Source: Minisyncoccota bacterium (GTDB lineage Bacteria > Patescibacteriota > Minisyncoccia > Phycocordibacterales > XYD1-FULL-46-19). From it: DNA of 64,000 nt. The stretch lies in contig JBBDJY010000013.1 in the NCBI GenBank assembly GCA_040879645.1, positions 30,366-94,365 of the forward strand, read 5' to 3'. The notes beneath the pieces are model-generated. The model was not told the DNA's origin. It searched no databases and saw nothing but the letters and a program-made list of their open reading frames with translations. This document shows positions 17,750 to 27,329 of this stretch, one piece after another. The number at the start of each line of letters is the position of its first letter. Position 1 is the first letter of the stretch. The translations under genes were made by a program, and so were the position numbers.

Positions 17750-18478
17750 TTAATCGTTATCAGAAATTATGCCGATACTGTCATAAATTTGGGCGGTTTC
17801 GTCTTTATTAAACATTATACCTTTTTTGGTAAAATAAACATTAATTCCTTCCACAGCTTGAAAAAATAAAGCGTAATTTTTAATATAAGCCTCGGCACTT
17901 TCCAACGCCAAAATCGGTTCGTCAAAAATAGCGCTCATATTATCAAGATTAATGGTTAATTGATGGATATTATTCAGTAAGCGTAAGTGGACAACTTGAG
18001 CGTCTTTTGGGATGGCTACTTGGCGGAGTTCATTTACCACCAATTCATTTAATTCTTTGGCTTTTACCAAGTTAGTCAAAAGTGATGGTTGAGACAGTCT
18101 GACGGCTTCCAACATTAAAACAATTTCGTTGTCGCGAGGCGCTTGATAGCGGTTTAAGATTTGGCCCATTTCCCGTCCGTATTGACGGAGGGTTTCGTCA
18201 TTGGAATTTTCAATAATATTAAGATCGGCCACGGTAAAATGAGGCCGGTTAAGGTTATCCTCAATGTCTGACAATTCCAGTAAGACGCCTTTGGCGGCCA
18301 AGTTTTTGGTGATTAAAGACTGTAAATCCCGGTCTTCTTTGATTAATTGAGCGTAATAATCCAGGCGCTCGGCTTCCCGCTTTTTTTCGGCCAAACCGCC
18401 AACCAACCAAAGCAAAATACCGCCGATTAAAACAATCAACAGCAATGACCAAATAATGATTTTTATTCTCATCACCAC
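17750..18478 (-). CDS. N-terminally membrane-anchored protein, hypothetical; first gene of the operon
   Basis: 242 aa with a single N-terminal TM and the remainder probably extracytoplasmic. Confidence 0.45.
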   Translation of the reverse strand: MVMRIKIIIWSLLLIVLIGGILLWLVGGLAEKKREAERLDYYAQLIKEDRDLQSLITKNLAAKGVLLELSDIEDNLNRPHFTVADLNIIENSNDETLRQYGREMGQILNRYQAPRDNEIVLMLEAVRLSQPSLLTNLVKAKELNELVVNELRQVAIPKDAQVVHLRLLNNIHQLTINLDNMSAIFDEPILALESAEAYIKNYALFFQAVEGINVYFTKKGIMFNKDETAQIYDSIGIISDND

Positions 18479-18600
18479 TATATTATGGCATAAATCAAGG
18501 GATTTTTATCTTCCTTTAAGATTTTAGGAGTGGATAAAATCGCTATTTTGTCGGCCGGAGAGGCGGAAAAGAAAATGAAAAAATGTTAAGATGAGTAATC

Positions 18601-19416
18601 ATGAAAAAATTTGTCGGTTTTTTGTTTCTGGTGCTTGGTTTTTTAATCTTGGGTCAAACGGCCGAAGCGTTTTTAACTCGTGACCTAACGCTTGGTAGTC
18701 GGGGTGAAGATGTTCGCCAATTGCAAAAATTCTTAAACCGATCTGGCTCCCCGGTGGCTTCAGTCGGCCCCGGTTCACCGGGACAAGAAACGGCTTTTTT
18801 CGGCCAATTAACCAAACAAGCGGTTCGTCGCTATCAAGAATTGCATCAGGCGGAAATTTTGGCGCCGATTGGCCTCGCCACCGGCACCGGCTATGTCGGC
18901 CGGCTGACTCGGAGGCAGATTAATTTGGCGGCCGATTTCGCTGACCATCAGCCGGTGACCGATACGATAACTCCGTCGCCGGATAGTTCGGAGCCGGAAA
19001 TCTTGGTGACCGAACCGCTCGTTTCCAGGGCCAAAACGAATGAGCCGACACCAAAATCGGTGTCGGCTGAAACTTCCGTCTTAAATAATAACCTGACCCC
19101 CGACTTTTCTCTTCCTTCACCACCGCCAAGATCGGCCACCATGAGTCTATTCTTAGTCAACCCTTCAACCGGTCGACCGGGAACAATGGTAACTATTGCC
19201 GGCGAGGGTTTTGATACCAAAGCCAATACCGTCTATACCGGTAGTGAAGTTTTGTCGGCCATACCGTCGGCCGATGGTCAAAGTCTGACCGTGACAATTA
19301 ACAGTCCTTTTACCGGCGAAGCTGATCCCGAGGGTTTTGATTTACCCCTGCGTCTTTATGTGGAAAATGATACCGGCATCAGTAATCCGCTTATTTTTAA
19401 TTTAGTTTTTGATTAG
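18601..19416 (+). CDS. Secreted protein with a PG_binding_1-like peptidoglycan-binding domain and a C-terminal IPT/TIG-like domain
   Basis: Signal peptide present. LGSRGEDVRQLQKFLN...FGQLTKQAVRRYQ matches the putative PG-binding repeat. Confidence 0.55.
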   Translation: MKKFVGFLFLVLGFLILGQTAEAFLTRDLTLGSRGEDVRQLQKFLNRSGSPVASVGPGSPGQETAFFGQLTKQAVRRYQELHQAEILAPIGLATGTGYVGRLTRRQINLAADFADHQPVTDTITPSPDSSEPEILVTEPLVSRAKTNEPTPKSVSAETSVLNNNLTPDFSLPSPPPRSATMSLFLVNPSTGRPGTMVTIAGEGFDTKANTVYTGSEVLSAIPSADGQSLTVTINSPFTGEADPEGFDLPLRLYVENDTGISNPLIFNLVFD

Positions 19417-19497
19417 GGTTCGCTGGCGGACCTTTGATTTTATTGTCGCTAAAGCTGTTACTACTTATTCTTAACCGCTTTATGTTAGAATAAGGTA

Positions 19498-19884
19498 ATG
19501 ACTAAAACACTTTTCAGCTTATCGGCGATTATTTTATTTACTTTTTTTCCGCTTACCGCTTTGGCGCAATCGGCCGGCATTCCTTTCGGTGGGCAAATTA
19601 TTGCACCACCTATTCCTTGTACTTGTCCCTTTACCCCCGGAGTACAAATTATTATCAAACCGGCTTTACCGGCTTGGCCGACGCACTTGGTGTATTTACC
19701 CGGTGTCAGTATTTTATATCAGTACTACCAAATCTTTCGTCCCGGCCCTCATTTGCTTGGTTTGGTTGCGCCGACACCGGTTCCTTGTTTAATGGTGGCA
19801 CCCCCGCCGTTTTTTTGTCGCCCGCCTTTGGCTCCATATTTACCGGCCGGTTTGCCGATTATTATGACCGGTACTTCACTTTAA
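19498..19884 (+). CDS. Small secreted Pro/Cys-rich protein, hypothetical
   Basis: 128 aa with a signal peptide and Pro-rich composition. Confidence 0.4.
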   Translation: MTKTLFSLSAIILFTFFPLTALAQSAGIPFGGQIIAPPIPCTCPFTPGVQIIIKPALPAWPTHLVYLPGVSILYQYYQIFRPGPHLLGLVAPTPVPCLMVAPPPFFCRPPLAPYLPAGLPIIMTGTSL

Positions 19885-20394
19885 TTCCAAAGTATTACCG
19901 ATGGTGAGGTTTAATCGTTCAACCAGGCCGGCCTTGATTTCCAAAACATATTTAGCCGGTTCTTTTGAGGTGATAGTTTCGGGATAGGTTTCGGGCGAGA
20001 AATTTTCGGTCAGATCAATAATCGTTAAGTCTTCATCCAGCCAAATAATATCAAGCGGGAAATTCATCTCTTTCATCCAAAAATTATAATTTCCGGCGGT
20101 TGGGAAAATAAATAACATTCCGTGATTGGCGGGCAACTCTTGGCGACCGGCTAGGCCTTTGGCCCGATCCCTTGGCGTATCGGCAATCTCCAAAGTAAAA
20201 ACTTGTCCGGCGATTAAAACGGATGACGGCACCGTTTTATTTATCGAATTGTCTGTCTCTTCCGGCCGCGGAGTTACTGCTCGGTCCGCCGGCGCCCTTG
20301 TTTCTTCCGGCCAAATAAACAGCAGGCCGGTTAAAACGACGGCGATAAAAATAAAGACAATTAGTCGGTTAACTTTTGAGCCAAACATTGCCAT
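19876..20394 (-). CDS. DUF192 (COG1430) family protein
   Basis: N-terminal TM followed by DTPRDRAKGLAGRQELPANHGMLFIFP...NFWMKEMNFPLDIIWLD, typical of DUF192. Confidence 0.75.
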   Translation of the reverse strand: MAMFGSKVNRLIVFIFIAVVLTGLLFIWPEETRAPADRAVTPRPEETDNSINKTVPSSVLIAGQVFTLEIADTPRDRAKGLAGRQELPANHGMLFIFPTAGNYNFWMKEMNFPLDIIWLDEDLTIIDLTENFSPETYPETITSKEPAKYVLEIKAGLVERLNLTIGNTLELK

Positions 20395-21134
20395 TGTTTA
20401 ATCGTAAGCTCTTCCGGCCGGCAAGTCGAGACCAGGCCGCATTTGGCCAGAGTTTTTACGGGGACGGAAAGGTTGTTTTTTAATTGTTTGCGTTTTTGAC
20501 CGAAGGCTTGTTTAATGATGGCAAAAAAAGTTTCTTCATTAATATCGGTAAAATAATTTTTATTAATATCGGTAATTTTAATAATCGCCGAATCAACTTT
20601 CGGTGGGGGGTGAAAGGCACCGGCCGGCACGGTTTTTAATCGTTTGGCTCGGCCATAGACCTTAACGCTAATTGATAATAAACTTTCCCGGCCGGCGGTG
20701 GCGATAATTCGGTCGGCGACTTCTTTTTGGACCAAAGCGACAATCAAAGACGGTTGGCGTTTGGTTTGTAAAAAACGGCGAAAAAATTGGCCGGTTAAGT
20801 AATAAGGGATATTGGCAATAATCTTATAATCCCCGGTTGGTAATTCTTTTTCCGGTTTAAAGTCCAAAATATCTCCTTCAACGATGTTTAATTGCCCGGT
20901 TTTGACCGCCGACGCAAATTTAGTGGTTAAAAAAGGAATCAAGTCGCGGTCCTTTTCCACCGCTACGACTTTTCCACCGGCGGTGATGAGTTTTTCGGTC
21001 AGAGCGCCCCGTCCCGGGCCGATCTCCAGGATCGTTTCACCCGGATTTATTTCACCGGCCTCGGCGATGTCGGTTAAGATTTTGTCGGAAGTCAGGAAAT
21101 GTTGGCCGAGTGATTTTTTGGGCGAATTAAGCAT
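20361..21134 (-). CDS. rsmA: 16S rRNA (adenine1518/1519-N6)-dimethyltransferase
   Basis: LGQHFLTSDKILTDIAE...ILEIGPGRGALTEKL is the KsgA SAM-binding motif. Confidence 0.9.
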   Translation of the reverse strand: MLNSPKKSLGQHFLTSDKILTDIAEAGEINPGETILEIGPGRGALTEKLITAGGKVVAVEKDRDLIPFLTTKFASAVKTGQLNIVEGDILDFKPEKELPTGDYKIIANIPYYLTGQFFRRFLQTKRQPSLIVALVQKEVADRIIATAGRESLLSISVKVYGRAKRLKTVPAGAFHPPPKVDSAIIKITDINKNYFTDINEETFFAIIKQAFGQKRKQLKNNLSVPVKTLAKCGLVSTCRPEELTIKQWQCLAQKLTD

Positions 21135-21136
21135 AT

Positions 21137-23104
21137 TTAGATAATAACCGATTCCTCGATCGAGGGAAGGGCGGTCAGGTATTCTTCCGGCAGGTCAATC
21201 AGAAATTCCGACGGCAGATTGGTTTGTCGACTGCCGTAAATCGTTCGGACTTGGGCATAGGAAAGAAATAATTTGCGTCGGGCCCGGGTAATGGCGACAT
21301 AAAACAGACGCCGTTCTTCTTCTTCATCTCGGTCGCTGTCATTCCCCATCATTTGATGCGGGAATAAGCCTTCTTCCAAACCGGTGACAAAAACCGCATC
21401 AAATTCCAAACCCTTGGCGGCGTGAACCGTCATTAAGCGGACATTTGGCCGGTCGCTTTGCATCGTGTCTTGGTCAGACAGGAGGGCCATTTCGGCCAGC
21501 AAATCGGCGACGCCGTCAGCGGTCGGAAAATTATCATACTTACCGGCCAAAGTAACCAATTCTTTAATATTTTCAATTCGTTCCAAACCATCGTCACCCT
21601 CTTTTTTTAATTGGTCGAGCAAGCCGGAATGATCAATGACAAATTTAATCAATTGGGAAACCGTTAAGGTATTAGCGGTGATATGTTTTTCAATCCGGTG
21701 TAAAATATTACGGAACTGATCTATTTTTTGACGGACGGTGGCCGGCAATGATGATTCTTCTCCGGCGGCGATTTTAAGCAAAGTGACTTTACCAATCCCC
21801 CGTCGCGGTTTGTTGATAATTCGCTTGATTGATTCAAAATCGGTTTGATTGAGAGCGGCTTTAATGTAAGCCAAGACATCTTTAACCTCTTGGCGTTCAA
21901 AGAACCTGACTCCCAAGACTTGATAAGGTAGACTCTCGGCCAAGAAGGCTTCTTCCAAAATTCGCGACTGAAAATTAGCTCGATACAAAACGGCAATCTC
22001 ATTCGGTGGCAGACCGTCGGCGATTAAACTTTTGGTTTGATGGGCGATAAATCGAGCTTCATCGGCTTCATCCAAGGCGGCATAAAGGCCAAGTTTGTCG
22101 CCGGCCGGATTGGCGGTGAATAAATTCTTTTCCCGTCGTTTGCTATTTTTTTTGATGATGGCGTTAGCGGCGCCGATAATGTTTCCGCTGGAACGGTAAT
22201 TTTCTTCCAACAGAACGGTTTTGGCGGTCGGGTAATCTTCTTCAAAATTTAAAATATTGGTAAAATCGGCCCCACGCCAGCTATAGATCGATTGATCAAC
22301 ATCGCCGACGACGCAAATGTTGTTTCGGCCGGCAGACAACAGGCGGGATAGGCGGTATTGAATCTGATTAGTGTCTTGATATTCGTCAATATGAATATAC
22401 TGCCAATGTTTTTGGTGACGGGCCAAGACTTCCGGCTCTTTTTGCAATAATTGCAAACTCTTAAGTAATAAATCGTCAAAATCAAGAGCCCCGGCCTGAT
22501 TTAAAAGGTTTTCATAGCGATGCCAGATTTGGGCAATCAAACGGGCGCGATAATCAATGCTTGAGGCTTGTTCATAATCATTTACGCTTTGCCCTCGGCC
22601 CTTGGCGGCAGAAATCGCCCCCAAAATCTTTTTCGGTTCCCATTGTTTCGGGTCAATGCCGGCTTCACTCATCGCTCCCTTTAGGCGGGTAATCGATTCA
22701 TGGCGGTCAAGAATATTGAAGTGTCTTTTTAGGCCGATTTTGCCGGCGTCGGCTCGCAGGAGGTGGACACCGAGGGAATGAAAAGTGCCAATAAAAGGCA
22801 TTTGACCGGTCCCTTTAATAAAACGAAGGCGGTTGCGCATTTCACCGGCCGCCTTATTGGTAAAAGTTACAGCCAGAATATTTTCCGGACTGATACCTTG
22901 ACTGATCAATTCATTGATTCGAGCAATGATGGTTTTGGTTTTGCCGGCCCCGGCCCCGGCCATGATTAAAAGCGGCCCTTGTAAATAAGTCGCCGCTTCT
23001 TTTTGTTTGGGATTTAATCCGACTAAGTGATCCACCATCATACTATAGCATAATTGCCGATGGTTTAAGCTTTTAATATCGCCAGAATTAGTTTTAAATG
23101 TCAA
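21137..23104 (-). CDS. pcrA: ATP-dependent DNA helicase PcrA/UvrD (the true start is probably internal, near MMVDHLVGLNPKQKEA)
   Basis: AGAGAGKTKTIIARI Walker A with UvrD motifs throughout. The track start looks like a non-ATG codon, and an ATG about 60 nt downstream is more plausible. Confidence 0.9.
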   Translation of the reverse strand: MTFKTNSGDIKSLNHRQLCYSMMVDHLVGLNPKQKEAATYLQGPLLIMAGAGAGKTKTIIARINELISQGISPENILAVTFTNKAAGEMRNRLRFIKGTGQMPFIGTFHSLGVHLLRADAGKIGLKRHFNILDRHESITRLKGAMSEAGIDPKQWEPKKILGAISAAKGRGQSVNDYEQASSIDYRARLIAQIWHRYENLLNQAGALDFDDLLLKSLQLLQKEPEVLARHQKHWQYIHIDEYQDTNQIQYRLSRLLSAGRNNICVVGDVDQSIYSWRGADFTNILNFEEDYPTAKTVLLEENYRSSGNIIGAANAIIKKNSKRREKNLFTANPAGDKLGLYAALDEADEARFIAHQTKSLIADGLPPNEIAVLYRANFQSRILEEAFLAESLPYQVLGVRFFERQEVKDVLAYIKAALNQTDFESIKRIINKPRRGIGKVTLLKIAAGEESSLPATVRQKIDQFRNILHRIEKHITANTLTVSQLIKFVIDHSGLLDQLKKEGDDGLERIENIKELVTLAGKYDNFPTADGVADLLAEMALLSDQDTMQSDRPNVRLMTVHAAKGLEFDAVFVTGLEEGLFPHQMMGNDSDRDEEEERRLFYVAITRARRKLFLSYAQVRTIYGSRQTNLPSEFLIDLPEEYLTALPSIEESVII

Positions 23105-23349
23105 ATTTTTTGTTTATCCACACCCGCTGGAAAGGCCCTTGATTTATCATCGGAGGCCGTTATAATAGGATTATCGGTTGAATTTTCCGACGATAGAAAT
23201 GGCTTAAAATAACGGTTTTTTCGGTTTCGGAATTATGAGTTAAACATTGGCTTATTTTACTTAAATCACAAGCGGAGGAAGCGGATTCGTCCCCTTTCTC
23301 GAAAATATGGATATTTTTTAAATCTTTCGGTCAAAGGCCGGTTTGGGTT

Positions 23350-24345
23350 TTGATTTTGATTGTTATCTTTTTTAAATTGGTTACGCCGGCTAATGCCGGC
23401 GTTATGTCGGTGTTTAATAATTTCTTCGGCACCGAAGAAATTATTCGTCAAAAGTCAGCCATTAATTCTCAAAACATTCCCCTGCTTCAATCGGCCTCAA
23501 CTTTGGCCGCCGGTTATGGCCGGGGTGGCGGTGGCACGACAGTGGTCAAGGGTAGCTATTTGGAGGCGGCGACCGGGCCGTTATCAACTTCGCCCGATAT
23601 TACCACTCCGCCAAGTGACCAGATTAGTGTTTATGTTGTCCGGCCCGGCGATAATTTATCGCAAATCGCCGAGATGTTTAAGGTTTCGGCCAATACCATC
23701 CGTTGGGCTAACGATATTAATCGGAATGATGTTATTCAAACCGGTCAGGTCTTGGTTATTCTGCCGATTTCCGGTCTTAAATATACTATCAAAGAAGATG
23801 ATACTTTGGCCGGTATCGCCAAAGAGTTTAAGGGCGATTTAAGTGAAATCGCCCGTTTTAACGGTCTGGAAACCGGAGCTCGCTTGACGGTGGGCAGTGA
23901 AATAATTATTCCCAATGCCGATCTTCACACCAGTCCCGTTTCGCGGCCGGCCGGTGGGGCGGTGGCCCGGTCAAATTCTTCTTCGGTCGGCAATACCGGC
24001 GGTTACTTTATTCGTCCGGTACCGGCCGGCGCCGTTCGGACGCAAGGTATCCACGGTTATAATGGTGTTGACTTGGCCGCCGCTCATGGTTCCGATATTT
24101 ATGCCGCCGCCGCCGGAACGGTGATTATCAGTCGGGCCGGTAGTTGGAATGGCGGTTACGGTAATTATGTTGTTGTTCGTCATGATAACGGAACCCAGAC
24201 TCTTTACGCTCACTTAAGTGCCAATCTCGTCAGTCAGGGTCAAACCGTCGTGGCCGGACAAGTTATCGGCCGGATGGGTTCAACCGGATTTTCCACCGGT
24301 AGTCACTTGCACTTTGAAGTCCGCGGTGGCACTAATCCTTTTTAA
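23350..24345 (+). CDS. LysM-domain peptidase M23 (peptidoglycan endopeptidase)
   Basis: Two LysM repeats (YVVRPGDNLSQIAEMF and YTIKEDDTLAGIAKEF) and M23 motifs (HGYNGVDLAAAHGSDIYAAAAGTV and GSHLHFEV). Confidence 0.85.
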   Translation: MILIVIFFKLVTPANAGVMSVFNNFFGTEEIIRQKSAINSQNIPLLQSASTLAAGYGRGGGGTTVVKGSYLEAATGPLSTSPDITTPPSDQISVYVVRPGDNLSQIAEMFKVSANTIRWANDINRNDVIQTGQVLVILPISGLKYTIKEDDTLAGIAKEFKGDLSEIARFNGLETGARLTVGSEIIIPNADLHTSPVSRPAGGAVARSNSSSVGNTGGYFIRPVPAGAVRTQGIHGYNGVDLAAAHGSDIYAAAAGTVIISRAGSWNGGYGNYVVVRHDNGTQTLYAHLSANLVSQGQTVVAGQVIGRMGSTGFSTGSHLHFEVRGGTNPF

Positions 24346-24374
24346 TTTGTCTAGATAATACCCTAAGCGGGTAG

Positions 24375-24406
24375 CCCCTCCTCTCGCGAGGAGGGGTTTT
24401 GATTTT
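24375..24406 (+). terminator. Rho-independent terminator
   Basis: GC-rich stem cccctcctc/gaggagggg followed by ttttgatttt. Confidence 0.6.
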
Positions 24407-24489
24407 AGGGCCGGCCGACGAAGTAAAAAAGCGACCTTGTTTTGGCGATATGATATGATACTTGGTATTAACCAGCTATATTCTAAATT

Positions 24490-25194
24490 ATGAATTTCTT
24501 CAAAAAATTATCCAAACAAGTTGTCAATGAACCGGAAGCCGAATTAAAAGTTACTCCGCCATCCGTCGGCGAAATGGAAGAAGCGATTGCCAAGCGAATC
24601 AGGGTGATTAAAAGAGAGTTTACCGATGGCTTTAATTTTATTAAAAATCATACCCGGTCGGTAACTTTTTTCGGTTCGGCCCGGTTTGATCCGGATCACC
24701 CCTTTTATCGCCAGGCCGAAGATTTGGCGGCCAGATTGTCTAAGGCGGGTTTCACTATTGTGACCGGTGGTGGTCCGGGGATTATGCAAGCCGCCAATCA
24801 GGGAGCAAATGAAGCCGGTGGCCAGTCGCTCGGTCTGACTATTTCTTTGCCCAATGAACAGATAACCAATCCTTATTTGACGGATTATATCGGTTTTAAT
24901 TATTTTTTCACCCGCAAGGTCTGCTTGTCTTTTTCTGCCAAGGCTTTCATTTATTTTCCCGGCGGTTTCGGTACTTTGGATGAATTATTTGAAATTATAA
25001 CTTTGGTCCAAACGATGAAGATTCCCCCGGTACCGATTATTTTGGTTGGCAGTGAATTTTGGCAACCGTTGGCGGATTTTATTCGCCGATATTTATTGGA
25101 AAAAAATCAAACCATCAGCTCGAAGGATTTGGACCTTTTTATCATCACCGACGATTTGGCCGAAGTGGTGGAAGTGGTTAAGCGGACAATCTAA
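24490..25194 (+). CDS. LOG family (TIGR00730) Rossmann-fold nucleotide-binding protein / cytokinin riboside 5'-monophosphate phosphoribohydrolase-like
   Basis: TGGGPGIMQAANQGA and PGGFGTLDELFE are LOG-family motifs. Confidence 0.8.
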   Translation: MNFFKKLSKQVVNEPEAELKVTPPSVGEMEEAIAKRIRVIKREFTDGFNFIKNHTRSVTFFGSARFDPDHPFYRQAEDLAARLSKAGFTIVTGGGPGIMQAANQGANEAGGQSLGLTISLPNEQITNPYLTDYIGFNYFFTRKVCLSFSAKAFIYFPGGFGTLDELFEIITLVQTMKIPPVPIILVGSEFWQPLADFIRRYLLEKNQTISSKDLDLFIITDDLAEVVEVVKRTI

Positions 25195-25204
25195 AAGTAA
25201 AAAG

Positions 25205-26740
25205 CTAGTGGTTTTTCGGCCGATATTGCAAGGCTTCCCATAGATGTTTTTCTTCAATATTTTCCGTTTGCTCCAAGTCGGCAATGGTTCGAGCCAGGCG
25301 TAAAACACGATGATAGGCTCTGGCGGATAAGCCTAGGCGCAAAGCGGCCTGGTCAAACATCTGCCTCCCGGCCGGTTTCAGGGTTGTGTATTTTTTCATT
25401 TCTTTTAAGTCCATTTCGGCATTGGTCGTCGCTTGGCTTTGCCGGAATCGTTTCTCTTGAATCTGACGAGCGATAATAACTCGCTTTCTTTTTTCGGCTG
25501 AAGATTCGCTTTGGCTGTCGGCTGATAATTCCGTCGGCCGGACCGCCGGCACCGGTAGCCACATATCAATTCGGTCAATAATCGGCCCGGATAATTTACG
25601 CAGATAACCGGCTAATTGAACCGGGGTGCAAACGCATTCTCGGTCCGAATCTCGATATCCGCAGGGGCAGGGGTTCATGGCGGCGACGAGAATAAAATTA
25701 GCCGGGAAAGTAAAAGAGTGTTTTACCCGGCTGACAGTGGCCAGGCGGTCTTCAAGTGGTCCGCGCAAGGCCTCAATCACCCGTTTGTCAAATTCCGGGA
25801 ATTCGTCAAGGAACAGGACACCCCCATGAGCCAAAGTGATTTCGCCGGGTTTAGGCCAAGATCCGCCACCGATAATGGCGGCATAACTGGCGGTATGATG
25901 AGGCGAGCGGAAAGGCGGATCAGTGATAATTTGGCGCAATCGGCCGGCGACCGAATGGATGCCGGTTATCGCCACCACTTGATCAAATGACAACGGCGGC
26001 AAAATACCGGCCAAAGCTTTAGCTAAAAGAGTTTTGCCGGTACCCGGTGGCCCGGTTAAGGCAATATTATGACCGCCGGCGACGGCAATCTCCAAACCTC
26101 GTTTAGCGGCGTCTTGTCCTTTAATGTCAGCAAAGTCAATACCGGCCGGTTTTGCTTTACCGGTAATTTCTCTCGGTGGATTGATTTTAATAATCGATTT
26201 AATTGACTGACCGCCGGTATCGGTTTTTGATTGCCAGTGTTCGGTAATTTGTTTTAATGATTGGCAAGGAAAAACAGACAGTCCTTTGACCAAGGCCGCT
26301 TCCCAAGCATTGTCGGTCGGTACGAATATTTCCTTAAATCCTTGGGCTTTAGCCGCTTGAACCAAGGGTAGGACACCGGTAATTGACCGTAGGCGTCCGT
26401 CTAAAGATAATTCACCCAAAAAAAGTTTATCAGTTCCATCTAAAGTCAGTTGCTTGGAAGCGGCTAAATAACCAAGAGCGATGGCCAAATCAAAATGGGT
26501 ACCGTGTTTTTGGATATTACCCGGAGCCAGTGAAATAATGATCCGTTTATTACCTCGAGCCGGTGGTCGAAAACCCGAATTTTTAATGGCGGAATTTATC
26601 CGATCTTTGGCTTCATCAACCGCTTTGTCGGCTAGGCCGATAATGACAAAAGAACGAAAACCTTTCGTGACATCAACTTCCACATCAACAATATCGGCCT
26701 CAAGACCGATATTTTGCGCTGAATATATTATTGACGGCAT
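25205..26740 (-). CDS. YifB/ComM family Mg-chelatase-like AAA+ ATPase
   Basis: 511 aa with an N-terminal Lon-like domain, the AAA motif GPPGTGKT and a C-terminal ChlI-like domain. Confidence 0.9.
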   Translation of the reverse strand: MPSIIYSAQNIGLEADIVDVEVDVTKGFRSFVIIGLADKAVDEAKDRINSAIKNSGFRPPARGNKRIIISLAPGNIQKHGTHFDLAIALGYLAASKQLTLDGTDKLFLGELSLDGRLRSITGVLPLVQAAKAQGFKEIFVPTDNAWEAALVKGLSVFPCQSLKQITEHWQSKTDTGGQSIKSIIKINPPREITGKAKPAGIDFADIKGQDAAKRGLEIAVAGGHNIALTGPPGTGKTLLAKALAGILPPLSFDQVVAITGIHSVAGRLRQIITDPPFRSPHHTASYAAIIGGGSWPKPGEITLAHGGVLFLDEFPEFDKRVIEALRGPLEDRLATVSRVKHSFTFPANFILVAAMNPCPCGYRDSDRECVCTPVQLAGYLRKLSGPIIDRIDMWLPVPAVRPTELSADSQSESSAEKRKRVIIARQIQEKRFRQSQATTNAEMDLKEMKKYTTLKPAGRQMFDQAALRLGLSARAYHRVLRLARTIADLEQTENIEEKHLWEALQYRPKNH

Positions 26741-26748
26741 AGCCGGCC

Positions 26749-27135
26749 TTAGTCGTTAATCGGTGGCAATTGGTTTTCGTCGTCGAGATGGTTTTTACAG
26801 GTGCGAGCGGCCGGATTAGCTTCCAGTCTTTCTTCTTCAATCGGCTCATTACCAAGTTCACATTGACCGAAATGACCGGTTTCAATTTTTTGCAGGGCAT
26901 GATTAACCTCTTTTAAGCGTTTTTCCAAGGGTACTTCCGCCGCTTCTTGTTCGATTATATTTTCCATTCGATCGGCCATTTCATCATGAAATTCAACCGG
27001 TGTATTTCGATTGGCCGGGGCCGGATTCCAATTATCATCACTGCCCGGCTCAAGTACCCCGACTTTATTAAGCTCGTCGGTTAATACTTTCTTTTCCTTG
27101 GTTAATTTGTCTTTGAGATAATTGGTATCAATCAT
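26749..27135 (-). CDS. DksA/TraR-family protein (YocK / general stress protein 16O-like)
   Basis: GHFGQCELGNEPIEEERLEANPAARTCKNH aligns with the YocK C-terminal zinc-finger region. The Cys residues are partly degenerate. Confidence 0.65.
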   Translation of the reverse strand: MIDTNYLKDKLTKEKKVLTDELNKVGVLEPGSDDNWNPAPANRNTPVEFHDEMADRMENIIEQEAAEVPLEKRLKEVNHALQKIETGHFGQCELGNEPIEEERLEANPAARTCKNHLDDENQLPPIND

Positions 27136-27329
27136 TTTTCAATTATAACATAGCCGGATAAAACGGCAATTGCCCAAGTTTTGGAATTACCGGCAATGCC
27201 TAATTTGCCTACCGCTTGCCCTGTCTGCCCTGTCGGCCGGTGGCTTAAGTCGGTCGATGTTTATTGGCGTGCCGAAATACCCCTCCGCTCGCGAGCGGAG
27301 GGAATGGGAGTTAAGGCCTGTTTTATTTT

